Positions 19,064 to 29,311 of a DNA stretch of 64,000 bases are shown here, piece after piece. Numbering within the stretch: the first letter of the stretch is position 1; each line of letters starts with the position of its first letter. The notes under the pieces are model-generated. The model worked only from the letters and a program-made list of their open reading frames with translations, had not been told where the DNA came from and did not search any database. Source of the stretch: Candidatus Latescibacterota bacterium (GTDB lineage: Bacteria; Latescibacterota; UBA2968; UBA8231); the NCBI GenBank assembly GCA_965205655.1, contig CBDBIJ010000091.1:23593-87592 (forward strand). Reading direction: 5' to 3'. A program made the translations under genes and the position numbers.

Positions 19064-21007
19064 ATGAGCGACAGATCCACCTCCGGCGTGAGCGGCCGAG
19101 CCATTCTGACCGGCGCTGTCCTGGTAGGCGCCATCAGCATCATCAGCCCCTGGGCCATCCTCATCGTCAAGGGCTCGCAGCTGGCCGGCAACGCCGTGCC
19201 CATCATCGCCGTCTTCTTCCTGTTCGGCCTCGTCGCCGTCTTCGTACCGGCACTCAAACTGCTCGGAGCCCGGCTCGCTTTTTCCAGAGCCGAGCTTATC
19301 ACCGTCTACACCATGATGCTGGTGGGCTCGGTGATCGTCACCGTGGGGTTCAGCGGCAGCTTTCTCACCGTCACGACGGGCGCCATCTACTACGCCACGC
19401 CGGAAAACCGGTGGCACGAGCTCTTTGTCTCCAACCTCCACAAATGGCTGGCGCCCACTGATCACGAGGCCGTGCGATGGTTCTACGAAGGCCTCCCCGA
19501 GGGCGTGCCGATTCCGTGGTCGGCATGGGTGCGTCCACTGGCGGCGTGGATACCCTTCATCCTCGCCTTCTACTGGGTGCTCTTCTGCATCGGGGTACTG
19601 TTGCGGGGACAGTGGGTGGAGAACGAACGGCTCGCCTTTCCGCTCACCCGCCTGCCGCTGGCAATGATCGAAGACGTCGACGATCGCGGCAGGCTCGTAG
19701 GACGACTGTTCAAGAGGCCGCTGTTGTGGGTGGGTTTTCTGATTCCCTTTCTCTTCCACTCGTGGAACTCGCTCAGCGGCTACTTCGACGGCATCCCGAG
19801 AATGGCCGTGGGTGGTGCCTATCCGCTGCTGAACGGGGAGGTGATGATCCAGTATCGACTCAATCTTCCCGTCATCGGACTGGCTTACCTCATGCCGCTC
19901 GACGTCTCATTCAGCATCTGGTTTTTCCACGTCCTCGGGCTCGCTCAGGAGTGGGTATTGAAGCGCCTGGGGATCGGCACAGGTCTCGGTCTCGACATCT
20001 GGGACTCGGGCGGCTCCCCGGTGAGCATGCTGCACGAGCAGGCCGGCGCCCTGGCAGTGCTCTGCATTTTCGTGTTGTGGACGGCGCGCGGGCATCTGAA
20101 GGAATTCTGCCGGGCAGCCATCCGAGGAGACCGGAGAGAGCAAGAGCCGGTCTCTCCTCGCGTGGCAATCGTCGGACTGCCGCTGGGCCTGGTGATCATG
20201 GTGGGGTGGCTGACAACGACAGGCCTCCTCTCGCTTGGAGTGGCCGTCCTTCTAGTGGGAGGGGCGCTCGTCGTCTTCATCGGCCTTTCGCGCATCGTCT
20301 GCGAAGCGGGTCTGCCCAGCGTTCAATCGCCGATGGTGCCCCAGGCGTTCATCACGCGGGGCTTCGGGCCGGACACGCTCCAGTTGCACAACATGACCGG
20401 ACTGGGCCTGGCCACGGTGTGGATCGGGGATACGATCACGAACATGATGAACGCCGTGATGCACAGCCTCAAGCTCACGTCGACACAGAGCAGGGCTGAC
20501 CGCCGGCTGCCGCTCGCCATGCTGCTGGCTGTCGCCATCGGTATGACGGGATCGGTGTGGTGCATCATGACGGTGGCCTACGCCCACGGCGGCATCAATC
20601 TCCAGGGCTACTGGTTCGAGCTGTTGCCCAAGTGGCCCTTCAGCTACATGGACTCGGCCTACAACTCGCCGGAGTCGAGCTTCACTCCGCGGGTGCTCTT
20701 TACCGCCATCGGAGCGGGTGTCATGTGGGTGCTCCTCTTCTTGAAGAGTCGCTACATGTGGTGGCCTCTCAACCCGATCGGGTTTCCGATCGCCAAGACG
20801 GTGACTATCGCCTATTGGAACGGGCTCGCCATTTTCACGGCGTGGATATTGAAGGCTTTCATTCTGCGCTACGGTGGCGTACGCCTGTATCGCAATCTGA
20901 CACCGTTTTTTCTCGGATTGATTTTGGGAGAGTTCTCGACCGCCTGCATGTGGGCGTTCATCGACGGGCTGAACGGCGTCGAGGGGAACATCATATTCAG
21001 GAACTGA
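19064..21007 (+). CDS. DUF6785/DUF6784-type polytopic membrane protein, tandem paralog
   Basis: Colinear paralog of 17088..19025 with the same motifs; SD GGAG. Confidence 0.78.
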   Translation: MSDRSTSGVSGRAILTGAVLVGAISIISPWAILIVKGSQLAGNAVPIIAVFFLFGLVAVFVPALKLLGARLAFSRAELITVYTMMLVGSVIVTVGFSGSFLTVTTGAIYYATPENRWHELFVSNLHKWLAPTDHEAVRWFYEGLPEGVPIPWSAWVRPLAAWIPFILAFYWVLFCIGVLLRGQWVENERLAFPLTRLPLAMIEDVDDRGRLVGRLFKRPLLWVGFLIPFLFHSWNSLSGYFDGIPRMAVGGAYPLLNGEVMIQYRLNLPVIGLAYLMPLDVSFSIWFFHVLGLAQEWVLKRLGIGTGLGLDIWDSGGSPVSMLHEQAGALAVLCIFVLWTARGHLKEFCRAAIRGDRREQEPVSPRVAIVGLPLGLVIMVGWLTTTGLLSLGVAVLLVGGALVVFIGLSRIVCEAGLPSVQSPMVPQAFITRGFGPDTLQLHNMTGLGLATVWIGDTITNMMNAVMHSLKLTSTQSRADRRLPLAMLLAVAIGMTGSVWCIMTVAYAHGGINLQGYWFELLPKWPFSYMDSAYNSPESSFTPRVLFTAIGAGVMWVLLFLKSRYMWWPLNPIGFPIAKTVTIAYWNGLAIFTAWILKAFILRYGGVRLYRNLTPFFLGLILGEFSTACMWAFIDGLNGVEGNIIFRN

Positions 21008-21049
21008 GCTCACATGAACAATTGAGCGCGGCCGTGGGAAGGACGCTGT

Positions 21050-22114
21050 TCAGGACGGGTCGACGTGGCGGCGGACGATATCTATGAGCAGAGCCACATC
21101 GTCGCGGGCGGCATCGACGGGCGTTCTACAGGTCTCGCCGTCGACGATGCAGGCGTGAAAGTGACGCAGCTCGCGCATGAAGGCGCCCTCCCACTCGATG
21201 GCTGGCTCTGACGTATAAGCCCGGTCATCGGCGTCGACCCCGTGAATGGTCACCGTCGAGAGGATCCCCCGCGCATACCCGGTGGGATAAGACAACGTGA
21301 TCCTGCGGTCGTCGGCGTAAACTTCCACCGTTTCCTTGAAGGCGCGAACGTCCGGGGATTCCACCCAGGTGAGCGCGCATCGAGCGCCCATCCCATACTC
21401 CAGGATCGTCGTAATTCCCTGGCCACCGTTCCAGATTTCCGTGCTCACAACGCGCTCGGGCAGACCGAAAAGGAGTCGCAGGCCGTAGATATCGTGGATC
21501 ATGCTGCCGGTGGCGACGAAGAAAGCCCGCTCCACGTGAGGTGGGATCTCCCCCAACGGGGTACGCGGCCCAGGTGGAGTTCGCTGCTTCGGTCGCTCGG
21601 GAAGATCGTCAGCCTGCCTGAGTCGGAACTGCCGCAGGTAGTGGGCGTTGGCCGTGTGCATGTGGTTGGCCTGGATGAAGCGGATGGAATCGAGGGCTGA
21701 GACCTCGCGCTGAGCCAGTTCGAAGGCCGGGTCGTACACCTTCATGTAGCCCATCTGGGCAATGCGATTGCTCGTACGGGCGGCGTCGATGATGGCGTCG
21801 GCGTCGGCAAGGGTGTAGCACATCGGCTTCTCGATGAAGGTGTGGACACCCGCCTCGAGGGACGCCACGGCGATCTCCGTCTTCGGATCGCCATGGCATA
21901 GCAGGACAGCGTCTACGTCGGCGGCCAGCAGATCGCGGTAATCGGTGACGTGGCGGGAGACGTGGAAATCTTCGGCTACGGAGCTGGCGAGGCGGGCCGA
22001 ACGGTCGCAGAGCACGGCGATCTCGAAATCGTCAGGGCGCGCGGCGAGATTGGGCAGGTGTTGCACCTGAGCGATGCCTCCGCAGCCGACGACGCCTATT
22101 CGAATGCGAGCCAC
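21050..22114 (-). CDS. Gfo/Idh/MocA family oxidoreductase
   Basis: GTG start at 22114; IGVVGCGGIA Rossmann motif; HTFIEKPMC; IHD. Confidence 0.9.
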   Translation of the reverse strand: MARIRIGVVGCGGIAQVQHLPNLAARPDDFEIAVLCDRSARLASSVAEDFHVSRHVTDYRDLLAADVDAVLLCHGDPKTEIAVASLEAGVHTFIEKPMCYTLADADAIIDAARTSNRIAQMGYMKVYDPAFELAQREVSALDSIRFIQANHMHTANAHYLRQFRLRQADDLPERPKQRTPPGPRTPLGEIPPHVERAFFVATGSMIHDIYGLRLLFGLPERVVSTEIWNGGQGITTILEYGMGARCALTWVESPDVRAFKETVEVYADDRRITLSYPTGYARGILSTVTIHGVDADDRAYTSEPAIEWEGAFMRELRHFHACIVDGETCRTPVDAARDDVALLIDIVRRHVDPS

Positions 22115-22121
22115 GAGCGCC

Positions 22122-22769
22122 TCAGTCGCCGGACTTTCTCTGAGGAGCTCGAGGAGCCACCTCGTTCCAAATTTCGGACAGCGAGTACAGCTGCGTGAAG
22201 GTTTCGCAGACGCCGTTCCACATAGAATTGCGGAGCTCGGCCGCAGTTTCCCCATCTCCGGCGGACAGTGCCTCTTTTATACGCTCGCTCGACTGGCGAT
22301 GGACATCGGCGCTGCGCCCGGCAATCTCCGCGAGTTTCGCCGACGCAGCTGTGAGGCGATCCAGCAGTTCGTCCTCTGAGATGTCCATGTCGGCCTCGAC
22401 CTGGTAGTTCGCTGACGGCTGAAAATCGTGCGGGAGGTGTGCGCCATCCTCGGTCCGATTGGTGTGGGTTGGCTGGACATGGGGCGTCACGGAGAGGTAC
22501 ATGATCACCGGCTCGTCGCCCACGGCCTCCACCGTGTGCGGTTCGTCGGCCAGGGCGATGCACAGCTGGCCCGGCCCGACTACTGCCTCCTCGCCGGAGA
22601 TCACGAAGCGGGCCCTGCCCTGCAACATGAGAAAGATCTCATGCCCCAGATCGTGACTGTGAAGATTCGCTTTGTCGCCCGGCTTCATGGGCATGAAGCG
22701 GCAGCGGATGTGGGGCGTGACGAGGAGGTGACGAATGTCCTCGCGGAAGTCGTAGACCTGCAGCGCCAT
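22122..22769 (-). CDS. Cupin domain protein with C-terminal helical extension
   Basis: LHSHDLGHEIF...GQLCIA..EPH cupin metal motif; SD AGGAG. Confidence 0.85.
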   Translation of the reverse strand: MALQVYDFREDIRHLLVTPHIRCRFMPMKPGDKANLHSHDLGHEIFLMLQGRARFVISGEEAVVGPGQLCIALADEPHTVEAVGDEPVIMYLSVTPHVQPTHTNRTEDGAHLPHDFQPSANYQVEADMDISEDELLDRLTAASAKLAEIAGRSADVHRQSSERIKEALSAGDGETAAELRNSMWNGVCETFTQLYSLSEIWNEVAPRAPQRKSGD

Positions 22770-22858
22770 GTCGATGCTCCTGTTCAGTCACGATGGGGAG
22801 GTCACCGGGTAGTACCGCACCAGCGACGTCGGGAAGGTCAGGCACCGAAGCGATCAGA

Positions 22859-24424
22859 TCAAGGTGTACCCTCCTCGAAGCAGTCGTGCTTCCAGAGCGA
22901 AATTCTCTCAGGAGCCCGGATCCCACTCCCGGGAAGAGTGATCTCCTTCATGAAGACGATCTCGAAAGTGCGCAGCCTCTGCGGGCCGGTATGCGCGGAA
23001 TTCCACTCGCGGCAGAGATAGCTGCCGTAGTATGGACGGTGCGGTGCATTGCGCTTCAGCCACAGGTTCGTCATGTATTTGCGCCACCTGAGATCGGTGA
23101 AGGACGCCGCGACAGAGGAAGGCTTTGAGTAGAAAAACTGTGTCTGCACCTGCGGTCTGCCAGTCTCGGCGCGAAACAAATCTACCTGGGAGCCATCGGC
23201 GAGCTTGCCGGGAATGACGAACCACCCATCCTCCTTCGTCGGAGAGGGCGCGAACATGTTCCAGATCTGATCCACGCGCAGAAGGAATCCGAAAGAGTCG
23301 ATATCGGTGGGGAAATAGCGGGCGTATTGGTCATGGTCGAGGGTTCTGACATTCCAGGCGGTGACGTAGACGAGGACGAGAGCTGCAAAAAGCTGCGAGG
23401 CAAGGCCGGACCTGCCAGGACGTCGCCCGAAGCGGAGGGGAGCGAGGAAGGGCGGCATCGCAGCGCCACGCGAGGACAGCTGTCTGTACAGAAAATCGCT
23501 GGCGCCGGCGATGGGAGGCGAACTCAATACCGGCGCGCATGTTCGCTGGAGATAATTCCACACACCTGTCGGAATGACCGCCAACCAAGCCACCGAGCAT
23601 ATGGCGGGAAACAGGCCGAGCTCCATGGTCAACGCCAGCCCGACATGAAAGCAGACGAAGCAGGCGATGAGGGCCGCTCTGATGTAACAGAGAAAAAATG
23701 GAAAGAGCAGGAACAGGGGGAGAATCCACTCCAGGATAAAGGTGGCCCTCGTCATCAACTGCAGGAGTTCGGTGTGGTCGAGAAGCCGCTGCCCGAGTGG
23801 CGTCGCAACCCAGTCGATGCTCAGGGCGTAATACACCGCATCGGCTCGGTGCCACCAGTAGTCGGGAGACTTCAGCGCCGCCGAAAACAGATAGATGCAA
23901 GCGATTTGCACCAGGAGGGCCACCGAACCTGCAGAGACGATGCGATCCGGTGCTTTCGTCGAATCATTGTCCATCGCCGCATCGACGGAGTATCGCGCTC
24001 CCAGGGGCAGAAAGAGGGCCCAGAACAGGATGAGTCTGAGGACGACGTCGCCGCCGTGAATGAGCATCGGGTTGCGGGTGTGGATGGAGATGAGCAGAAG
24101 CCACGAGGCGATGGCCGAAAAGCGGGTGCCGAAACCGAGCGCGAGCGACAGCGCGAAACCGGCGGCCAGCGTCATCAATGCCGCCTGGAAGAATGGCTCG
24201 CCGCTGATTGAATGGAGTGACACAAGCCAGCCAGCCTGAAATTCCAGGAGGGCGTCCCTGGGCAGCACCCCGTCGTCGCTATAGTGACTGACGAGTCCGG
24301 GCAGGCGACCGGCGAGATCGAGGAGCAGGATGAAGCCGAGTCCGATGCGGAGCAGGGCCAGCGATCTGAGGTCGAGGCCGAACATCTCGCCGAGCAGATG
24401 TCGAGCTCGAACCATACTTCTCAC
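22859..24424 (-). CDS. HTTM domain membrane protein (vitamin K-dependent carboxylase-like family)
   Basis: DLRSLALLRIGLG; YSDDGVLP; RNP....GD; LPLG.RYSVD; Q.W.MFAP; RWRKY. Confidence 0.85.
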   Translation of the reverse strand: MRSMVRARHLLGEMFGLDLRSLALLRIGLGFILLLDLAGRLPGLVSHYSDDGVLPRDALLEFQAGWLVSLHSISGEPFFQAALMTLAAGFALSLALGFGTRFSAIASWLLLISIHTRNPMLIHGGDVVLRLILFWALFLPLGARYSVDAAMDNDSTKAPDRIVSAGSVALLVQIACIYLFSAALKSPDYWWHRADAVYYALSIDWVATPLGQRLLDHTELLQLMTRATFILEWILPLFLLFPFFLCYIRAALIACFVCFHVGLALTMELGLFPAICSVAWLAVIPTGVWNYLQRTCAPVLSSPPIAGASDFLYRQLSSRGAAMPPFLAPLRFGRRPGRSGLASQLFAALVLVYVTAWNVRTLDHDQYARYFPTDIDSFGFLLRVDQIWNMFAPSPTKEDGWFVIPGKLADGSQVDLFRAETGRPQVQTQFFYSKPSSVAASFTDLRWRKYMTNLWLKRNAPHRPYYGSYLCREWNSAHTGPQRLRTFEIVFMKEITLPGSGIRAPERISLWKHDCFEEGTP

Positions 24425-26157
24425 CGACGGCGACGACCTGACGCCAGCGCCAACAGGCGTCGTCGGTGCCGATCAAAGGTGACGGGGTTCTGAACGTAGG
24501 AGGTGCCGCTGCGGATTACCTGGTCGACAATCTCGTCGGCTCGAGCAGCGCGCTTCGGGTCCTCGCGGAGCATGGCCATCAGCTCGTAGTCCTCGATGCC
24601 GTTGCGCATGGCGGTGAATCGCAGGGAGCCGTAGACCCGCTTGCCACCCGGCCAGATGATGTGGGTGTCGCCAGGCGGCAGCTTCAACTTTCCGTCGGGT
24701 GTCTGCTCAGCCTCGGCGGGGACGGTCCATTTCCACGGGTCCTGCCCCGGGCGGTAGAAATTGAGCCCCCAGTGCAAATATCCGGTCGTCCCCGTGATGT
24801 AGTTGTACCAGTGGAGCAGGCGGGTGCGGATCAGCGGAAAATCGAGCAGCCGGTTCAGCCATTTCCCCCGAGGCCCACAGCAGGTGTAATACCACGTCTC
24901 GACACCGCAACGTCGGTTCTGTTCGGCAAATGTCCTCTCGCGTCTCGGACCGCCAAGGTAGGACGGCACGATGACATCGGAGGCGCCATTGAGACCTTCG
25001 ATGTGCACGGCATCGATGGTTTTCACCCCCGGCAGGAGCTGGCGCACGATGAGGCTGAGGTGGCGGTAGTGCTCGCCCTGTTCGGGCAACGGCTCGTCGA
25101 ACAGGTGCTGGTAGTAGATGTCCTGCCAGCCGTGCCGGCCGAGGAATTCCCAGAAGGGGACGAGCCACTCACGCAGCAGGGCATGGCCTTCCAGTGTCGT
25201 CGGCACCGGTCCGAGCACGCTCGCCTTCTGCTCGTTTTTGCCGCGCGGCCGCTGGGCGCTTCTCGTTTCATCCCCGAAAGCACCGCCGGGAGCCGCCCAG
25301 TTCATGAAGGTGACACTGTCCTTCAGCGCGTGGCGGTGACTGATGTGCGGGCCCTCGATCTGCGTAAAGCCCTGAGCCAGGAACAGGCGGATGTAGCGCG
25401 CCAGGCGCTCGAGATTCATGTGGACCTCGCCGTCCACCAGTCTGAGATCGAAGACCTCCGGTTTCACCCAGAACATGGTCTGGCGGTGGGCGGCCATCAG
25501 CTTGGCGCTCTCGCGTAGCACCCTCCAGAACGGTTCGCTCCACATCTCGACGCCGTGGACCTGAGCCATGCGGGTGATGTTGAACCAGTTCGTGACCTTC
25601 AGCTTCTGCTCTTCGGGCAGGGTGGCGGCGTACACCTCCAGCTCGACGGGCACCTCGACGCTGTGGCTATCAGAGAGAATCTCCACCTGTCCGCTGTAGA
25701 GGCCGGGTTTGGCATCGGCAGGGATGGCGTAGTCCACGAACAGCACGACCGGACGACCCGGCCGCTCACGAATGCCGCGTCTGGCCGGCACGAGCGGCTC
25801 GGCCAGTTCAAAGGGGGCCTCACGCACGACCTGGCGACGCGCCTTGGCCGTCAGATCCGTGGTGGTCATGTGGTAGAGAAACCCCTTCGGCGCTGGTTCG
25901 TCACCGAAGGTCGAGTTCTCCTCGCACGGCACGAAGACAACGTGATAGGTCGCGGGGGCCGGCAGCGTCCCTCCGCCCCTGCGGCGCAGGTCCCCCGCTC
26001 GCACTTCGACCGCCCCCTCGGACCCCACTACCAACTGGCAACCGCTGTGCCCCCGGCGCGGACCGAACAGCTCGACCGCCGGAGCGGTGCGGCGTCGCCT
26101 CGGCCAGCTATCGTGAAAGGCCCGGTCCAGTTCGTGCAATACTTCGACTGTCAACAT
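24421..26157 (-). CDS. DUF4091 domain protein (GH123-like putative glycoside hydrolase)
   Basis: IPADAKPGLYSG; HLFDEP; WYYTCCGP; GYLHWG; PPGD; SLRF..MRNGIEDYE. Confidence 0.8.
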   Translation of the reverse strand: MLTVEVLHELDRAFHDSWPRRRRTAPAVELFGPRRGHSGCQLVVGSEGAVEVRAGDLRRRGGGTLPAPATYHVVFVPCEENSTFGDEPAPKGFLYHMTTTDLTAKARRQVVREAPFELAEPLVPARRGIRERPGRPVVLFVDYAIPADAKPGLYSGQVEILSDSHSVEVPVELEVYAATLPEEQKLKVTNWFNITRMAQVHGVEMWSEPFWRVLRESAKLMAAHRQTMFWVKPEVFDLRLVDGEVHMNLERLARYIRLFLAQGFTQIEGPHISHRHALKDSVTFMNWAAPGGAFGDETRSAQRPRGKNEQKASVLGPVPTTLEGHALLREWLVPFWEFLGRHGWQDIYYQHLFDEPLPEQGEHYRHLSLIVRQLLPGVKTIDAVHIEGLNGASDVIVPSYLGGPRRERTFAEQNRRCGVETWYYTCCGPRGKWLNRLLDFPLIRTRLLHWYNYITGTTGYLHWGLNFYRPGQDPWKWTVPAEAEQTPDGKLKLPPGDTHIIWPGGKRVYGSLRFTAMRNGIEDYELMAMLREDPKRAARADEIVDQVIRSGTSYVQNPVTFDRHRRRLLALASGRRRR

Positions 26158-26191
26158 GTATGGAAGGGCAACTCCCCGCCGGCTTGTCCGG

Positions 26192-27052
26192 TCAAATGAT
26201 GGCCAGTGGATTCACCGGACTCGCCGTGGCGCCGGCGATTCGCAGCGGTGCCGCCACAAAGAGGAATTCGTACACCTGATCCGCAGCAAGTTCCTCGAGG
26301 TTGAGGTACTCCATGAGGTGCACCCCGAGGTCGCGCAGCATGTAGTGGTGGAGCGACTTGCCCTGCGGCGGCCACGCCTCCACGGCGCCGTTGTCGGCGC
26401 CCAGGACGCCGATGTCGCGCTGCGCCAGCCACTCCCAGCACACCGAGGCGAGTCCTGGAAAGCAAGCGCGCACGCGGTCTCCCTCGCGGCAGAATCGGCC
26501 GTACCAGCCGGTGCGCACGAGGAGGATGTCGGCAGCGCGAATCTCGACACTCTGCCGTCGGATGGCCTCGTCCAGGTCCGACGCTGAAATGGCATGGCCG
26601 TCATCCAGAAAGTCGACGTCAAAAAGTGGGGGGATGTCCAGCAGAATGCCGCGGCCGACGATGGCGCCAGCCTTCGAGATGTCGCATCTGGCAGCGCCAT
26701 CGCTCGAGACGACGTCGCAGTGATGACGATTGTAGAGCTGGCCGTCGTACCAGGTGTGGGCGAAGGCGTCGAGGTGACTGGACGTGTGGAGGTTCATGGT
26801 GAGCACATCTTCAGCGCCCCCACCTCCGCCCGGCGACGGGTCGTTGTGGTAGCTGGTGCTGATCCCGGGCTTGGCCCGGCTCGGTCCGGCTGCTGATTCT
26901 TCGCCGACGGTGGTTCCGAGGCAGTAGACCCTCCCCTCTTTCACCAGGTCAGCAGCCCGCTTTACGATCTCCGGCGTCAGGAGATTGAGAGCGCCACGCT
27001 CGTCGTGTTCACCCCAGCGTCCCCAATTCGATTGACGACCGGGATTACTCAT
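26192..27052 (-). CDS. Cyclase family metallohydrolase (kynurenine formamidase-like)
   Basis: NWGRWG..DERGALN; HTSSHLDAFAH; GRGILLD; DILLVRTG; EFLF..APL....SPVNP. Confidence 0.9.
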   Translation of the reverse strand: MSNPGRQSNWGRWGEHDERGALNLLTPEIVKRAADLVKEGRVYCLGTTVGEESAAGPSRAKPGISTSYHNDPSPGGGGGAEDVLTMNLHTSSHLDAFAHTWYDGQLYNRHHCDVVSSDGAARCDISKAGAIVGRGILLDIPPLFDVDFLDDGHAISASDLDEAIRRQSVEIRAADILLVRTGWYGRFCREGDRVRACFPGLASVCWEWLAQRDIGVLGADNGAVEAWPPQGKSLHHYMLRDLGVHLMEYLNLEELAADQVYEFLFVAAPLRIAGATASPVNPLAII

Positions 27053-29289
27053 TTTTTCATGACGACGCGAAAGATACGCGCGTCGTATGGCTGGTAATGG
27101 ACGACAAAAGACGTCGTTTCGGTAAAAGACCTCGCGCTGCCAGCTTCTTCTTCATCGGGAACGAGGTTGTCCGGATCGTTCTCGAACATGATATGGACGC
27201 TCGCCAGCTCTCCGGGAAAGGTCCACTCCGCGTTCAGGACCGCCTCGTCGATGTTGACTGTGAGAAGCACGAAGCCGCCGTCGGGATGGGGCTTGAGCAT
27301 GGCTCGGATGTCGGCAGGGGTCCGCATGGTGCCCTTGGTTATGCTCACGGAGTAGTCGACCTCCGGCCCCACCGTCGGGGAGAGGATGACCGGTTTCAGT
27401 TCTGCGAACTCGGCATTGAACTGAGCCGCCGTCTCCCAGACCGCTTTCGATTGCTGCAGCTTGAGCGGCGACGCAGAGCCCTTCGTGTCGGAGTGGGGTT
27501 GGGGGTCCGCGTGCAAGCCGATGATACGCGTGGCGCGCCAGGCCCTGTGATCCCAGGTCCAGTAGATGATTCCAGTGGCGCCGTGTATGACGGAGGACCA
27601 GGCGGCGGCGCGCAATTCCTCAGGGCTTGGGAAGCGGAAATACCAGGGTGCGTCCGGATTGGCCTGCTCGAATCCGGGAAGGATCATCCAGACCGGTTTG
27701 GCCTCGTCCGTGGCTGTGGCGGCGGCCCAGACCATACGCGGGATACCGATTGTATCCGATGAGAGCTCACTGACTCGCACGCCGCGATGCTTGAACGGGT
27801 AGTTGTCCAGGCAGACGATGTCGATGTGGCGCAGCCAATCGCCCCAGCCGTACTGCGGCGCGTCGAGCTCCGGCGACATGTTGACGTAGGTGGGCATATC
27901 GGGGAAAACGCGATGGAGCGCTTCCCGATTGCTGTCGTAGACATCGCGCCAGCCACGTTGGATCTCATCCACCGGATCGTCGCTCGAACGCCCGGAGCCG
28001 CCGGTGAAGACGTAGGGTTCGTCGATCGTGTACTGGGCCAGCACGTGGGAGCGATCGACAAATTCGCCGTGACTGACCCAGTGATCGCCCCGGCCCCGTC
28101 CGGTGATGAGCACCTGGAGATCGTGCTCCTGCGCCAGCGGATAGAGCTCCTTCGGCGAGATCCAGATGTGAGTGATGGTGTTGAAATGGGCCGCCTTCAG
28201 ACTCTCGAAGTCGGAATCGAGGCCGACGCCGTAAATGCCGATGGGGAGGAACGATCTCTCAGGGTCGTACTCGGTCATGACATGACCCTGGCTGTCGGTA
28301 TGAGGCACGCCGTTGCGGTACAGAGTCTGAATCGCCGTCTGCGGGGCTGGCTGTCGCCACCGCGGGACCTCGGTGAACGTCCACTCCGGCGGCACCCGTC
28401 CCCACTGCACAATGGAGCCGTCCTTCCGCAGGCCCAGGTTGTGCCATCCGCCGGCGTCGATGGCGACGAGGTCATCGGCAGGCGCCGGATCGCACTGACC
28501 CCAAAGGCTGTGCCCCCAGCAGTCGACGTTGCCGTCAGCGCGCAGGGCGAGGCTGTGAAACTTGCCGGCGGCGACGGCCGTGAACCCCCTACCACCGGGA
28601 GCCTGGCTCTGTCCGTGCTCGTCGCTTCCCCAGGCGGCGATCGATCCATCCTCTTTGAGCGCCAGGGTGTGATAGTTGCCGGAGGAGAGAGCGACGAAGT
28701 CGTCTCCGGCAGGCGTGCCTTCGGCATTGCTCTCCTGCCCCCAGGAGCGCAGGGACCCGTCGCGCCGCCGCACCACGCTGTGTCGACCACCGGCAGAGAT
28801 TGCGACCGCGTCCGCCACATCGGCGGGCACGTCGATCTGGCCGTTGCGATTCATGCCCCAGGCGGCGACCGTTCCGTCCGAACGGAGGGCGAGGCTGTGA
28901 TACACGTAGCGGTTCGAGTTGGAGGCGGCGACGGCGATGAAGTCACTGCCGGAGGGTGCCTGAAGACGCGCATCTGGATCGAGGAATTGACCGATCGGGT
29001 TGTGGCCCCAGACGACGAGCGAGCCGTCCGCACGCAGGGCGATGCTGTGAAAGTGGCCGACGGCAATGGTGGTGAAGTCGTCACCCTCCGGCACGTCGGT
29101 TTGGCCGTAGTCGTTCCAGCCCCAGGCCACCAGAGATCCGTCATCGCGCAGGGCGAGACTGTGATAGGCGCCGGCGGCGATGGCTGCGAATCCCGTACCC
29201 TCCGGGGCTTCAGCGGGCGATGACGCGGAGGACTGCGCCACTGGCGGAATAAAGGCGATGAATGTGATCAGCAAGCGTAGCGTTCGCAT
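27049..29289 (-). CDS. Secreted RCC1-like repeat propeller fused to a TIM-barrel glycoside-hydrolase-like domain
   Basis: Signal peptide; about 6 IAAG..HSLALR.DG..V.WG....GQ repeats; then FLPIGIY, IDEPY, DNYPF, KPVW, IHGATGI. Confidence 0.75.
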   Translation of the reverse strand: MRTLRLLITFIAFIPPVAQSSASSPAEAPEGTGFAAIAAGAYHSLALRDDGSLVAWGWNDYGQTDVPEGDDFTTIAVGHFHSIALRADGSLVVWGHNPIGQFLDPDARLQAPSGSDFIAVAASNSNRYVYHSLALRSDGTVAAWGMNRNGQIDVPADVADAVAISAGGRHSVVRRRDGSLRSWGQESNAEGTPAGDDFVALSSGNYHTLALKEDGSIAAWGSDEHGQSQAPGGRGFTAVAAGKFHSLALRADGNVDCWGHSLWGQCDPAPADDLVAIDAGGWHNLGLRKDGSIVQWGRVPPEWTFTEVPRWRQPAPQTAIQTLYRNGVPHTDSQGHVMTEYDPERSFLPIGIYGVGLDSDFESLKAAHFNTITHIWISPKELYPLAQEHDLQVLITGRGRGDHWVSHGEFVDRSHVLAQYTIDEPYVFTGGSGRSSDDPVDEIQRGWRDVYDSNREALHRVFPDMPTYVNMSPELDAPQYGWGDWLRHIDIVCLDNYPFKHRGVRVSELSSDTIGIPRMVWAAATATDEAKPVWMILPGFEQANPDAPWYFRFPSPEELRAAAWSSVIHGATGIIYWTWDHRAWRATRIIGLHADPQPHSDTKGSASPLKLQQSKAVWETAAQFNAEFAELKPVILSPTVGPEVDYSVSITKGTMRTPADIRAMLKPHPDGGFVLLTVNIDEAVLNAEWTFPGELASVHIMFENDPDNLVPDEEEAGSARSFTETTSFVVHYQPYDARIFRVVMKK

Positions 29290-29311
29290 GACGTCGTCTC
29301 ACAGGGAGGGG

